Source: Nostoc sp. DedSLP01 (GTDB lineage: Bacteria; Cyanobacteriota; Cyanobacteriia; Cyanobacteriales; Nostocaceae). Taken from it: a stretch of 64,000 bases of DNA. The translations under genes were made by a program, and so were the position numbers. Positions 29,711-40,898 of this stretch are shown here, piece after piece (the first letter of the stretch is position 1; each line of letters starts with the position of its first letter). The stretch covers positions 179,505 through 243,504 of the forward strand of contig JAVRCJ020000010.1 in assembly GCA_034530875.2 (NCBI GenBank), written 5' to 3'. The notes below the pieces were generated by a model, which saw only the letters and a program-made list of their open reading frames with translations, ran no database searches and was not told the origin of the DNA.

Positions 29711-30520
29711 TCAATTTATTGCTGATTGATTTCTTTTTCTCTTGCGTCCTATTGGTACACACATAGGAGTATCCATAATAGGATCGAGAATAATAAGACA
29801 CTCTAATCCAAAAACCTCTTGAACCATTTCTTGAGTCATCACTAACTTTGGTTCGCCAGCTGCAAAAATTCGCCCTTCTTTAACAGCGACTAAATAATCA
29901 GCATATCGACACGCCTGATTTAAATCGTGTAGCACCATAACAATTGTTCGTCCTTGAGTTTGGTTCAGATCGTACAATAAATCTAAAATTTCTATTTGGT
30001 GTGCTAAATCTAAAAAAGTAGTCGGTTCATCTAAAAGCAAAATATCTGTATCTTGCGCTAAGGACATAGCAATCCAAGCTCTCTGTCTTTGTCCGCCAGA
30101 TAATGTATCTAAGGCTCTATCTGCTAAATTTAATAAATCTGTAATTTCTAGGGCTTGCTGTACGATTTTTTCGTCTTTTGCCGACCATTGTTGTAACCAA
30201 TTTTGATAAGGATAACGTCCTTGTGCAACTAAATCTTTTACTGTTAATCCTTCCGGCGCTACTGGCCCTTGAGGCAAAATACCCAACTGCTGCGCTAGTT
30301 CTTTGGGAGAAAGATTGAAAATAGAATTTCCATCAAGATATACTATACCGCTACACGGTTTGAGCAATCTTGCTAGACCTCTTAACAAAGTTGATTTACC
30401 ACAACCATTAGCACCAACTAAAGCAGTAATTTGTCCGCAAGGAATTGCCAAATTCAAGTCACGAATAATCGTAGCACCATCGTAAGCTAAAGATAGATTT
30501 TTGGCTGACAATCCTTTCAT
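29711..30520 (-). CDS. fecE: Fe-siderophore ABC transporter ATPase (FecE/FhuC-like)
   Basis: Motifs [22 protein letters not shown] and [11 protein letters not shown]. Confidence 0.9.
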   Translation of the reverse strand: MKGLSAKNLSLAYDGATIIRDLNLAIPCGQITALVGANGCGKSTLLRGLARLLKPCSGIVYLDGNSIFNLSPKELAQQLGILPQGPVAPEGLTVKDLVAQGRYPYQNWLQQWSAKDEKIVQQALEITDLLNLADRALDTLSGGQRQRAWIAMSLAQDTDILLLDEPTTFLDLAHQIEILDLLYDLNQTQGRTIVMVLHDLNQACRYADYLVAVKEGRIFAAGEPKLVMTQEMVQEVFGLECLIILDPIMDTPMCVPIGRKRKRNQSAIN

Positions 30521-30619
30521 AATGAATTTTAGATTTAAGATTTTGGATTTATAAAAACCTGATTTGTTAGTCGCTCAAATATGCTTTTCGCTAGTCACCA
30601 GTCACGAGTCCCCAATCTC

Positions 30620-31660
30620 TCATTTCTTCCGATTGCGAATTAATAAATACAAAAAATAAGGAGCGCCAATGGCAGCAGTTACCACTCCACAAGGAAGTTC
30701 AATAGGTGCAAAGGCTGTTCTTCCTAAAAAGTCTGCCATGACAACAATTACTCCTCCTAGCAGTGCAGAAGTAGGAATCAAGCTTTCATGGGTTGTACCT
30801 ACTAACTGTCGTCCTAAATGGGGTGCAATTAAACCCACAAAACCAATGTTACCGGCGGTGGCGACTGCTGCACCTGCTAAGGCTACCCCCACGAACATCA
30901 ATAAACCACGCTGCCATTCCACCAAACTGCCTAGACTTTTAGCAACATCATCTCCTAAACTGAGAGCGTTTAAATGTCTTGTCAATATCAATGCCATCGG
31001 GATAAAAACAACTAACCAAGGTAATAGAGAAAATACTTGTTGTGAAGTACGTCCGTAGACACTTCCAGCTAACCAAACCAAAGCATTGCTAACATTATTA
31101 ATTTCCCCAAAGGTAATCGTTAAGCTAGTTATGGCAGTGGCGATCGCAGATAAACCCACACCAATCAAAATTAATAGAATTGGGGAACTGCCATGATTCC
31201 AAGCCAGCGAGTAAATTAAAATTGCCATCACCCAAGCACCAGCAAAAGCCGATATCGGCAAAATGTATATTGGTGCTGAAGGAAATAAGACAATGACACT
31301 AACTGCTGCTAGAGTCGCCCCAGCATTAATGCCAATAATACCGGGATCGGCCAATGGATTGCGTGTCAGTCCTTGAAAGATAGTCCCAGAAATTCCTAGC
31401 GCCATGCCCACCATCAAAGCTACAAGGGTGCGTGGTAAACGCAGGCTATAAATCACAAATGTATGGTCTGGGTTTCCCGTATCTAGGCCGAATAAAGTTT
31501 TCACAATATCCCAAGGCGAAATTGGATATTCACCCCGCCCCAAATTCATTACCATTGCCACTACAATCGCTAGTGTCAAACATAGCACCACCACTGGTAA
31601 GCGTCGGTCTATACGAAAAGATATCGCCGGGGAGCGAATGACTAGCCAATCAACTTTCAT
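30620..31660 (-). CDS. fecD: Fe-siderophore ABC permease (FecD-like)
   Basis: Motifs LRLPR, RNPLADPGIIG, LGDDVAKSLG and IGFVGLIAPH. Confidence 0.9.
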   Translation of the reverse strand: MKVDWLVIRSPAISFRIDRRLPVVVLCLTLAIVVAMVMNLGRGEYPISPWDIVKTLFGLDTGNPDHTFVIYSLRLPRTLVALMVGMALGISGTIFQGLTRNPLADPGIIGINAGATLAAVSVIVLFPSAPIYILPISAFAGAWVMAILIYSLAWNHGSSPILLILIGVGLSAIATAITSLTITFGEINNVSNALVWLAGSVYGRTSQQVFSLLPWLVVFIPMALILTRHLNALSLGDDVAKSLGSLVEWQRGLLMFVGVALAGAAVATAGNIGFVGLIAPHLGRQLVGTTHESLIPTSALLGGVIVVMADFLGRTAFAPIELPCGVVTAAIGAPYFLYLLIRNRKK

Positions 31661-32688
31661 TTTTTTACCTTTGACTTAGCCAGGTAGACAAAAAAGGGCG
31701 CACCAATCAGTGCTGTCATCACACCTACAGGTAATTCCTGTGGTTTAAGCAACACACGAGCGACGATATCTGCAACCAAGAGTAAAATAGCTCCCAAAAC
31801 TGCACAATAAGGTAATATCCAACGGTAATCGGCTTTAATATAAAATCTCACAATATGGGGAACGACTAAACCAATAAAGCCGATTGGCCCTGCCAAAGCG
31901 ACGGAACTTCCAGCCAGTAAAATTACGCTCATAGCAGTCGCAACTTTGACCCAGGCTGTTTGTTGACCCAAGCCTTTAGCTACGTCTTCACCCAAACTCA
32001 TGGTAGTGATTTGTCTGCCAAGGGCAAAAGCTACAACTAATCCCATGAAGACGAAAGGTAATGCCTGAAAAAACATATTCATATCGCGGCCAGCTAGCGA
32101 ACCAGCTAACCAAAATCTAATTTCTTGTAGGGTGCGTTGGCTAACAATCAGAACCGCGGTGGTAATAGAAGAGATGAGAGCAGTTAAAGCCGCGCCTGCT
32201 ACAGTCAAATTTAATGGGGTGGCTCCTCCCCGTCCCAAAGAACCAAGGAAGTAAACTAATATTGCCGTGGTTCCTGCCCCTAGAAATGCCACAATTGTGT
32301 AAACATCTTGGGATACGCTACCAAATACAAAAGCGGCTAGAACTACTGCTACTGCTGCACCGGACTCAATACCCAAAATCCCTGGATCTGCTAAAGGATT
32401 GCGTGTTAAACCTTGCATTAATGCTCCGGCAACTGCTAAAGCCGATCCTACAAGAATAGCAACGAGCGATCGCGGTAATCTCACAGTCTGAATCACTAAG
32501 CGATCGTATGAACCATCAAAGACTATAAATGATGTCAAAACTCGCTCTAGAGGTATTTCTGCTGCACCCAGCATTACACTGCACACCAAACAAATTAGCA
32601 GTATACACAGCCCCAAAACCAGACCAAATAAGCCCGACATTTGTCGCTTTTTCAATCCTTTCGGTGGTGCTATGGTCGCTTTTATCAT
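31657..32688 (-). CDS. fecC: Fe-siderophore ABC permease (FecC-like)
   Basis: Motifs VRLPR, RNPLADPGILG, LGEDVAKGLG and IGFIGLVVPH; 4-bp overlap with the next permease gene. Confidence 0.9.
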   Translation of the reverse strand: MIKATIAPPKGLKKRQMSGLFGLVLGLCILLICLVCSVMLGAAEIPLERVLTSFIVFDGSYDRLVIQTVRLPRSLVAILVGSALAVAGALMQGLTRNPLADPGILGIESGAAVAVVLAAFVFGSVSQDVYTIVAFLGAGTTAILVYFLGSLGRGGATPLNLTVAGAALTALISSITTAVLIVSQRTLQEIRFWLAGSLAGRDMNMFFQALPFVFMGLVVAFALGRQITTMSLGEDVAKGLGQQTAWVKVATAMSVILLAGSSVALAGPIGFIGLVVPHIVRFYIKADYRWILPYCAVLGAILLLVADIVARVLLKPQELPVGVMTALIGAPFFVYLAKSKVKK

Positions 32689-32777
32689 TATCCTGCTGTC
32701 AGTTGAAAATATTACGCTGCGATCGTTATGTGCTTTTTACGGTAATGAAACCGTTATGGTAGGGGCTTTACAGCTGT

Positions 32778-32972
32778 CATTGATGCCAACTTAAGCTAGA
32801 ACTCTTGCCGCACAATCGTTTTACCCCACCCCCAACCCCTCCCCTTGGCAAGGGGAGGGGCGATTTTGGCTTTAGACAAAATCGGGGTGGGGTAACGCGG
32901 ATCTTGATGGTAAGTGAGTAGAACTCGCTCATCATGTTTTCATCAGGGTTTCATGTTAACTTGACACCAATG
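32778..32972. mobile_element. MITE-like element with imperfect TIRs
   Basis: Left end CATTGATGCCAACTTAA, right end TTAACTTGACACCAATG, and an internal GC-rich hairpin. It sits inside a GTAGGGGC...GCCCCTAC palindrome. Confidence 0.6.
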
Positions 32973-33065
32973 CACAGCTAGCTGTGCGCCCCTACAGAGG
33001 ATTGCCTTAGATGATAAAGTCTGTAAATTCATACTTTCAATATTTAGCAGCTTTTTAGTCATTAA

Positions 33066-33171
33066 ATTGATAATCTTTCTTGATAAATATATAGATTACA
33101 TTATCATGCAACCATTTTTCTATTTTTCTCAAGGATAAAGATACTCAAAAACTTTTGATATTATTTCTCAA
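33066..33171. promoter_or_regulatory. Two putative Fur boxes in the fecC / acylase divergent region
   Basis: ATTGATAATCTTTCTTGAT (33066-33084) matches ATTGATAATCATTATCAAT at 15 of 19 positions; TTGATATTATTTCTCAA lies at 33155-33171. Confidence 0.5.
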
Positions 33172-33288
33172 CAAACTGGTATTGTCTTAGATGAACGTGA
33201 ATCTCAGTTGAAAAAGGGAGTAGGGAAACAAGGGGGAGAATAACCGATGCCCAATGCCCCATACCCAATGACCAATGGCTAATGACCA

Positions 33289-35379
33289 ATGACTAAAGCT
33301 TATAGAAGAAAATCAATACGGATTTTACCCTTAATACTCAGTTTTATAGTGGTTTTGTTTATCGGCAGTCAGACGATCGCTGTACCAACAAAATCCACAG
33401 AGATATTATGGGATACATTCGGTATACCGCACATCTACGGTAAAAATGACCAAAGTGCATTTTATGCCTTTGGTTGGGCACAAATGCAAAGTCATGGAGA
33501 TTTACTTTTGCGTCTCTATGGTCAAGCACGAGGACGCGCGGCCGAATACTGGGGTGAAGAATATCTAGAGTCGGATCGTTGGGTACTGAGTATGGGAGTG
33601 CCGGAACGCGCTCAAAGTTGGTACAAAGCACAAAATCCAACTTTTCGCAAGTATCTAGATGCTTTTGCTGCTGGGATCAATGCTTATGCTTCGCAAAATC
33701 CGAAATCGATCGACGATCGCGTTGAGGCAGTGCTACCAGTCAAGGGTGAAGATGCGATCGCTCATTTACATCGGGTACTCAATTTCAACTTTGTGGTCGA
33801 TCCGGGGTCGGTATTGGAGTTGGGCAAACAAAAATTGCCAGCAGGTTCTAATGGTTGGGCGATCGCACCTTCTCATTCTGCAAGTGGCAAGGCTATGTTA
33901 CTAGCCAATCCCCATCTACCTTGGTCGGATTTATTTTTGTGGTACGAAGCTCAAATTACTACGCCGGGAATTGATGCTTATGGAGCGACGCTTGTAGGTG
34001 TTCCTGTATTGGCGATCGCTTTTAACAATAAATTGGGTTGGACTCACACCGTTAACACCTACGATGGTTGGGATTTGTACGAACTCGCACTGGCAGATAA
34101 TGGCTACCGCTTTGATGGTAAAGTTCGTCAATTCGTTTCTAAAACCCTGTCTTTGAAGGTGAAGCAGAAAGATGGCTCTTTACAAGAACAACCATTAGTA
34201 GTTAAAAGTTCCATCCACGGGCCTGTGGTAGTTGAGAAAGATGGTAAAGCCCTCGCATTAAGAGTTGCCGGTCTTGACAGACCAGGCGTACTCCAACAGT
34301 GGTGGGATATGGCACGAGCAAAAAACCTCAACCAATTTGAAACTGCCCTCAAACGCTTGCAACTATCGATGTTCACGGTGATATATGCCGATAGAGAAGG
34401 GCATATTATGCACCTATTTAACGGTCAAGTTCCGGTACGTCAACAAGGAGATTTTGCATATTGGCGAGGTGTCATTCCTGGCGATACATCTAAAACTCTA
34501 TGGACAAAAATCCATCCATACCAAGAGTTACCACGGGTAGTCGATCCTAAAAGTGGTTGGTTGCAAAATACAAACGACCCACCTTGGACAACTACTTTCC
34601 CAGCCGCCATTAAAGCAGATGATTACCCATCTTATATTGCACCTCGTTTCATGGATTTTCGCTCGCAACGTTCTGTGAGAATGTTGGCTGAAGATGACAA
34701 AATCTCTTTTGATGAGATGATTGCATACAAGCATTCGACCCGTATGGAAATGGCCGATCGCCTTTTGGACGATTTAATTCCTGCCGCCCGCAAGTACGGT
34801 AAAGAATTGGGACAAAAAGCAGCCAATGTTTTGGAAACCTGGGATCGGCAAGCCAATGCAGATAGTCGAGGGGCAGTACTATTTACCTTTTGGGTTCAAC
34901 AGTTGGACTTAGATAAAACATTTAGTAAACCTTGGAATGAAAATTCTCCACGCACCACACCCGATGGTTTAGCCGATCCCCAAAATGCAGTTGCAACCCT
35001 CGAAGCAGTGGCAGCAGAAATAGAAAAAACATATAGAACAATAGATGTGGCATGGGGAGATGTTGTTCGACTGCGTTATGGCAATGTAGATTTACCTGCC
35101 AATGGTGGTGCAGATCCTCTTGGGATCTTCCGCAGTATCTATCCATCACCGCAGCCTGATGGAAAATTCAAATCCGAGGGTGGCGATTCCTATGTTGCAG
35201 CAATTGAATTTTCTAACCCTGTACGAGCAATGGCACTCACCAGCTACGGCAATGCAACTCAACCAGGGTCGCCCCATGTTGGCGATCAGTTAAAGCTGTT
35301 TGCCAAAAAACAATTGCGTCCTGTGTGGCGCGATCGCTCCGATATTCTCGCCCATCTAGAAGCACGAAAAGTATTCTAA
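33289..35379 (+). CDS. Secreted penicillin-acylase-family Ntn hydrolase (PvdQ / glutaryl-7-ACA-acylase-like)
   Basis: Signal peptide, WDTFGIPHI, autoprocessing site GSNGWA (Ser nucleophile) and LLANPHLPW. Confidence 0.9.
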   Translation: MTKAYRRKSIRILPLILSFIVVLFIGSQTIAVPTKSTEILWDTFGIPHIYGKNDQSAFYAFGWAQMQSHGDLLLRLYGQARGRAAEYWGEEYLESDRWVLSMGVPERAQSWYKAQNPTFRKYLDAFAAGINAYASQNPKSIDDRVEAVLPVKGEDAIAHLHRVLNFNFVVDPGSVLELGKQKLPAGSNGWAIAPSHSASGKAMLLANPHLPWSDLFLWYEAQITTPGIDAYGATLVGVPVLAIAFNNKLGWTHTVNTYDGWDLYELALADNGYRFDGKVRQFVSKTLSLKVKQKDGSLQEQPLVVKSSIHGPVVVEKDGKALALRVAGLDRPGVLQQWWDMARAKNLNQFETALKRLQLSMFTVIYADREGHIMHLFNGQVPVRQQGDFAYWRGVIPGDTSKTLWTKIHPYQELPRVVDPKSGWLQNTNDPPWTTTFPAAIKADDYPSYIAPRFMDFRSQRSVRMLAEDDKISFDEMIAYKHSTRMEMADRLLDDLIPAARKYGKELGQKAANVLETWDRQANADSRGAVLFTFWVQQLDLDKTFSKPWNENSPRTTPDGLADPQNAVATLEAVAAEIEKTYRTIDVAWGDVVRLRYGNVDLPANGGADPLGIFRSIYPSPQPDGKFKSEGGDSYVAAIEFSNPVRAMALTSYGNATQPGSPHVGDQLKLFAKKQLRPVWRDRSDILAHLEARKVF

Positions 35380-35457
35380 AACATAGGGCATGGCGCATGG
35401 GGCATTGGGCATGGGAGGTGTGGGAGGATGGGGAAGAAATCTTTCTCCCCACACTCC

Positions 35458-35592
35458 GAATACGGTTCGGTTAACGTGTTTATTCCTCGAAGATCCCCTC
35501 AACCCCCCTTGGAAAGGGGGGCTTACAACCCTCTTTTACCCCCTTAAAAAGGGGGTCGCCGTAGGCGGGGGGATCTTAACCGAACCGTATTG
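35458..35592. mobile_element. 135-bp MITE with 16-bp TIRs and 10-bp target-site duplication
   Basis: AATACGGTTCGGTTAA (35459-35474) and TTAACCGAACCGTATT (35576-35591), flanked by CCCACACTCC at 35448-35457 and 35593-35602. Confidence 0.85.
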
Positions 35593-35658
35593 CCCACACT
35601 CCCCCATTTCCCCACTCCCTACTCCCCACCTCCCCATTTTCAAAGGATGAAAGATTGA

Positions 35659-36315
35659 GTGACTAAAAACCCTATTCTTTCGGTACAAGATTTAGGTCGA
35701 ATAGTTGACCAACGCTGGATTTGGAGCCACCTCAGTTTTCAATTATTTCCAGGGGAGCGAGTAGCGGTAATAGGCGCTTCTGGCTCTGGTAAAAGTTTGC
35801 TGCTGCGAGCATTAGCTGGTCTCGACGCCGTACAAGCAGGACAAATTATTTTTCAGGAACAGTCGATAAATTCTTACTTTATGCCGGCGTATCGTTCCCA
35901 AATTATTTATCTGCAACAACGACCAGCCCTTTGGGAAGGAACTGTGGAAGAAAATCTTCAGCAAGTTTATCGATTAGCTGTTCATCGGCATCTAATTTAC
36001 AACCGCAAGTTGATTTTAGATTATCTGCATCTTTTGCATAAAACGCCAGACTTTTTGCAGCGTCCGGTTAGCGCCCTTTCCGGTGGAGAAGCGCAGATAG
36101 TTGCTTTTCTGAGAGCTTTGCAACTTTCACCTGCGATACTGCTACTAGATGAACCTACTGCTTCACTAGATGCTGGAACTGCCCACAGTTTAGAGGCTTT
36201 AGTTACAGCTTGGCAAGACGAACGTCCCCAACGCGCATATCTCTGGACAAGTCACGACCCCAACCAATTGGAAAGGATTACTAATCGTCAAATTACTTTG
36301 AAGGGGAAAGATTGA
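35659..36315 (+). CDS. ABC ATPase, FetA/YbbL-like
   Basis: Motifs GASGSGKS, LSGGE and LLLDEPT; translationally coupled to a FetB-like permease. Confidence 0.8.
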   Translation: MTKNPILSVQDLGRIVDQRWIWSHLSFQLFPGERVAVIGASGSGKSLLLRALAGLDAVQAGQIIFQEQSINSYFMPAYRSQIIYLQQRPALWEGTVEENLQQVYRLAVHRHLIYNRKLILDYLHLLHKTPDFLQRPVSALSGGEAQIVAFLRALQLSPAILLLDEPTASLDAGTAHSLEALVTAWQDERPQRAYLWTSHDPNQLERITNRQITLKGKD

Positions 36316-37136
36316 TGGAAACGAACTATATCCAGATTAGTTACGGACAATTGGCTTTGGCGACTTTGTTTATTTTGATTAATGTGGGGCTTTCTTTTGG
36401 TTTGCGGTTGGGGCTGGAACAAAGTTTAGGGATGGCTTCCCTACGTATGGTAGTGCAGTTATTGATGGTGGGATACATATTACAGTGGGTATTTACTCTC
36501 AGCAACCCTGTCTTAATCGTACTTTTGGCTTTAGGGATGACTGTTGTAGCTGGTATATCTAGCGTTAACCGTACACGTAGACGATTTACTAGTATTTATT
36601 GGAATAATTTTATTTCGCTTTTGAGTGGTTCGTTTTTAGTTACCGGGATAGTAGTTAGCGGCATTTTGCGCGTACAACCTTGGTACGAGCCTCAGTATCT
36701 CATTCCTTTTTTGGGTATGGTTTTGGGTAATGCACTCACGGGTACATCTTTGAGTTTAGATCGGTTTATGGAAGACTTGACCAATCGTCGAGGAGAAATA
36801 GAGGCGCTACTGACTTTAGGCGCAACCCGTTGGGAAGCTGCACATCAAACTATTAAAGAAGCCTCCAGAACAGGAATGATTCCTACTATTAATTCAATGA
36901 TGGTGATGGGATTAGTTAGCTTACCGGGAATGATGACTGGTCAAATTCTCGCCGGGGCAAATCCTACTGATGCCATACGCTACCAAATTGTAATTATTTT
37001 TGCACAGGCATCAGGAACAGCGATCGCCATTATCGGCGTAATTATCCTAGCTTTCCTTGCCCTGTTTAATCCTAATCATCAGTTGACAGATTCCTTAATT
37101 AAAAAATCACAAGCCAAGAAGCCCAAACAAACCTGA
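36312..37136 (+). CDS. fetB: FetB/YbbM-like (UPF0014) permease
   Basis: Motifs RMVVQL, IPFLGMVLGN, GLVSLPGMMTGQILAG and AIRYQI. Confidence 0.85.
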   Translation: MMETNYIQISYGQLALATLFILINVGLSFGLRLGLEQSLGMASLRMVVQLLMVGYILQWVFTLSNPVLIVLLALGMTVVAGISSVNRTRRRFTSIYWNNFISLLSGSFLVTGIVVSGILRVQPWYEPQYLIPFLGMVLGNALTGTSLSLDRFMEDLTNRRGEIEALLTLGATRWEAAHQTIKEASRTGMIPTINSMMVMGLVSLPGMMTGQILAGANPTDAIRYQIVIIFAQASGTAIAIIGVIILAFLALFNPNHQLTDSLIKKSQAKKPKQT

Positions 37137-37395
37137 GTTATGGCAATTCGTAATGGGCTACGCCCCGCTGCGCTAACGTAATTAAGAAATTCAGCTTTTA
37201 TCTAGGTTTCAAGGTTTGAATCTGTTGCCGAAGTTTCGAGAATTGCTATTATTCAGTAGTTCACCAAAAGAAATCGCCAAATTAAAGGACAAGAGTTTTT
37301 AATCCCTTTCCCCTTTCACCTTTTCCCTTTCCCCCCTCCTCCTACCTCATCTAGTAAAATAACTTAGCAACTCAGCAAACAAAAGGTTCAGTATC

Positions 37396-38268
37396 ATGTC
37401 TCAAGCTAGTATCGGAATTATCGGTGGCAGCGGTCTGTATAAAATGGATGCGCTCAAAGATGTCGAAGAGGTGCAAGTTGAGACTCCCTTTGGTTCGCCA
37501 TCTGATGCTTTGATTCTAGGGACTTTGGAAGGGACACGGGTAGCTTTTTTGGCGCGGCATGGTCGCAATCACACGCTTTTACCTTCTGAGTTACCGTTTC
37601 GCGCTAATATCTATGCGATGAAGCAATTGGGTGTAGAGTATTTAATTTCGGCTAGTGCTGTGGGTTCGTTGAAAGCAGAGGCGAAACCAATGGATATGGT
37701 AGTGCCAGATCAATTTATTGACAGAACAAAAAATCGGATTTCAACGTTTTTCGGTGAGGGAATTGTGGCTCACATTGCCTTTGGCGACCCGATATGCAAG
37801 AATTTGGCTGGAGTTTTGGCAGATGCGATCGCTTCTCTTAATTTACCAGAAGTCACTCTGCATCGCGGCGGTACTTATGTATGCATGGAAGGGCCGGCTT
37901 TTTCCACAAAGGCAGAATCGCATCTTTATCGCAGTTGGGGTGCAACAATCATTGGGATGACGAATTTACCAGAGGCGAAGTTAGCCAGGGAAGCGGAAAT
38001 TGCCTACGCAACTTTAGCGCTGGTGACAGATTACGATTGTTGGCATCCAGACCATGATAGCGTCACAGTGGAAATGGTAATTGGCAATTTACTGCGGAAT
38101 GCGGTGAATGCTCAAAAGGTAATTCAAGAAACTGTGCGACGGTTAAGTGAAAATCCACCATCAAGTGAAGCACATTCGGCTTTGAAATATGCCATTTTGA
38201 CTCAATTGGATAAAGCACCAGCGATGACAAAAGAGAAGTTGGGATTATTGTTGCAGAAATATTTGTAA
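37396..38268 (+). CDS. mtnP: S-methyl-5'-thioadenosine phosphorylase
   Basis: Motifs [29 protein letters not shown] and VTDYDCW. Confidence 0.95.
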   Translation: MSQASIGIIGGSGLYKMDALKDVEEVQVETPFGSPSDALILGTLEGTRVAFLARHGRNHTLLPSELPFRANIYAMKQLGVEYLISASAVGSLKAEAKPMDMVVPDQFIDRTKNRISTFFGEGIVAHIAFGDPICKNLAGVLADAIASLNLPEVTLHRGGTYVCMEGPAFSTKAESHLYRSWGATIIGMTNLPEAKLAREAEIAYATLALVTDYDCWHPDHDSVTVEMVIGNLLRNAVNAQKVIQETVRRLSENPPSSEAHSALKYAILTQLDKAPAMTKEKLGLLLQKYL

Positions 38269-38470
38269 GTAGGAGGCCGGAGGAGCAAGAAGAATGATTT
38301 GTATCAATAATTTGGTGAAATAGTATTAAACCCAGTTATTCAGACGCGACGCTCGAATACTCGCTAACACTGCGCTATCCGCCAGTCGGACTGCAATTCA
38401 TACTGAATTCTGTTAGCGCAGCGGGGCATAGCCCATTCTGACTTCTGAATTCTTCTTCAATATGGCTGCT

Positions 38471-40726
38471 TTATAAAAGTGTAACTCGCTGATGCGATTG
38501 TTCTATAACTTTGATGGCGGGTTCAGGAGCTTTTTGTCGGATAGGTACTTGAATTATGAAATTAGTGCCTTGGCCAAGATTAGAAAAACATTGCAATTTT
38601 CCACCATGTTTTTCTGTAATAATTTGGTAGCTGATTGCCATACCCATACCTGTTCCTTTGCCTACAGGTTTGGTAGTAAAAAATGGGTCGAAGATTCGGT
38701 TTTGAACTGATTCTGGCATTCCTTGTGCGTTATCAGCGATCGCAATTTGTATGGATTGCGAATCAACTACTGAAGTGTGGATAGTAATTTGACTGGGATT
38801 TTCCTCTATTTGTTGAGAGGTGCGCTTGACGTCTAATTCATCAAGGGCATCCATTGCATTTACCAAAATATTCATAAATACTTGGTTGAGTTGACCAGGA
38901 TAACATTCTACTTGCGGCAAGTTCCCATAATCTCGAATAATTTGAATTGCGGGACGGTCTGGTTTCTCTTTAAGTCGATGTTGCAGAATTAAGAGCGTAC
39001 TTTCGATGCCTTCATGAATATCAACTGTTTTAAATTCGGCTTCATCCATGCGCGAAAAATTCCGCAGCGATCGCACAATATTACGAATTCTCTCAGTCCC
39101 CATTTTCATCGAAGATAGCATCTTCTGTAAATCTTGAATGAGAAATTCTAAATCAATTTCCTCTGCTAATGCTTGAATTTCTGGGTCATCACTACAATGG
39201 CGTTCTTGGTAAAGATAAATCATCTGCAACAAGTTTTGAGTATATTCATCCAAGTGAGTAATATTGCCGTGAATAAAGTTGACTGGGTTATTGATTTCAT
39301 GGGCAATACCTGCTACTAATTGACCCAGACTAGACATTTTTTCACTTTGAACTACTTGTGCTTGGGTACGCTGCAATTCACTTAAGGCTGTTTTGAGTTC
39401 AACAGTCCGTTCTTCGACTCGCGCTTCTAGTTCGGCATTACTATTTTCTAAAGCAATGAAAGATTCGTGCAATTGCCCAGCCATGTGATTAAAAGAGTGG
39501 GCTAGAGTATTGAGTTCGTGAATATTGCTTTCTTCGAGTGTCTGTTGTAAATCGCCAAATGCTATTGCTTGGGTAGTCTGATTCAAACGCAAGATAGGAC
39601 GTGCAATCAAGCGCGAGGTCAAAATGCCGATCGCTGTTGCTACTATCAGCGCCCCAAAACAAAGCAGGGTACTAATTTGGGTGTTGGCATGAATTTGCGC
39701 CATGTAAGTTTTTTCTGGAATACCAACTACCACTAACCAGTCCAAACCATATTCATCGCGCCAAGGTACAACATGCACGTAGAAATTTTCTCCTTGAACG
39801 TTAACTTTCAGTTTTTGGGTATTGGTAATAGACCGGAAATTTGGAATGTGCTGCTGAAGGTGCTTGGCAATACTTTGTACCGCCTGATTCGGACTCTCCA
39901 TCGCTTTGAGGCGTTTAATTTCTTTATTGGCTACAGTAAAAGGCTTTTCTTGAGCAGAATTGGCAACTAACATACCATCGCGCTCCATAATAAAAACTTG
40001 TCCGAAGCGACTGACATCTAATTTTTGTAAAAATTCGCTGAGTTTCAATAGGTGAATTTCAGCCCCCACAACACCAATCAGTTTTTTGCTGGCGTCATAA
40101 ATCGGACGACCTGCCGATGCGACAATATAAGGAGGATAAGCAGGATCGTAATAAGTATAAATGCGAACCCAGATAGGTTTTCCTGCTTTCACAGGTTCAG
40201 TGTAGGCAGGTTCATTGACAGTATCCCACGTACTGGTTGTCAAAACTTTAGTTGGGTTGCCATCATTATCTGTTAAGTAAGTTTTCGTATTTATTGGCTG
40301 GCTTGGCGTTTTAATCGCGTTATCATCGATTGTCACTGTCTTGCCATCGTAACGGCCGGCTCCGGTACCTTCACCGGTTGCGAGGTTCAAGCTGATAAAA
40401 GTGAGGTCATAGGCTTGCATTTCGTGCCAGAAGTACTTGCCAACCTTGAGGCGATCGCGCACATTCAACAATCCCATACGAATTGCATCTGCATTTAACT
40501 GGGTAACTTTATGCGGAATTGACAAGTAAGCATCTAAATGTTGATTTACCTCACCACTAGTTCGCTCCATCAACCGATCCGCTAGATTGTTTACCGCTTT
40601 CTCGCCATTTTTAAATGACAGATACCCAACTAGCCCTACCATGCAAAAAACCTGCAATACAAAAGGAACGACTAGAACAAGCTGTAATGAAAATGCCCGG
40701 ATTTTACTAGATAGATGTATATTCAT
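38471..40726 (-). CDS. Membrane sensor histidine kinase (Cache-like sensor, HAMP, HisKA, HATPase)
   Basis: Two TM segments, H-box AHEINNP, N-box LNQVFMNILVNA, and FDPFFTTK / GKGTGMG. Confidence 0.92.
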   Translation of the reverse strand: MNIHLSSKIRAFSLQLVLVVPFVLQVFCMVGLVGYLSFKNGEKAVNNLADRLMERTSGEVNQHLDAYLSIPHKVTQLNADAIRMGLLNVRDRLKVGKYFWHEMQAYDLTFISLNLATGEGTGAGRYDGKTVTIDDNAIKTPSQPINTKTYLTDNDGNPTKVLTTSTWDTVNEPAYTEPVKAGKPIWVRIYTYYDPAYPPYIVASAGRPIYDASKKLIGVVGAEIHLLKLSEFLQKLDVSRFGQVFIMERDGMLVANSAQEKPFTVANKEIKRLKAMESPNQAVQSIAKHLQQHIPNFRSITNTQKLKVNVQGENFYVHVVPWRDEYGLDWLVVVGIPEKTYMAQIHANTQISTLLCFGALIVATAIGILTSRLIARPILRLNQTTQAIAFGDLQQTLEESNIHELNTLAHSFNHMAGQLHESFIALENSNAELEARVEERTVELKTALSELQRTQAQVVQSEKMSSLGQLVAGIAHEINNPVNFIHGNITHLDEYTQNLLQMIYLYQERHCSDDPEIQALAEEIDLEFLIQDLQKMLSSMKMGTERIRNIVRSLRNFSRMDEAEFKTVDIHEGIESTLLILQHRLKEKPDRPAIQIIRDYGNLPQVECYPGQLNQVFMNILVNAMDALDELDVKRTSQQIEENPSQITIHTSVVDSQSIQIAIADNAQGMPESVQNRIFDPFFTTKPVGKGTGMGMAISYQIITEKHGGKLQCFSNLGQGTNFIIQVPIRQKAPEPAIKVIEQSHQRVTLL

Positions 40727-40898
40727 CAGTGGTAAATCTTGGTTATTATAAGTCTTTGCTTAACCTAGATTACCCATCAGTAACTTTGGACTACCAAAAT
40801 AATATTTTGTTTGATTAAGCAGGCAATAAGTATGAGAAAATATCTCTGTTTGCAACTCTTCAACTAATTGCTGTTGAATTTCAGCGGCTAATTTAACA

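Noticed and set aside
35390..35650. 86-aa ORF after the acylase
   Set aside because: It consists of STRR repeats and a MITE and is not protein-like.
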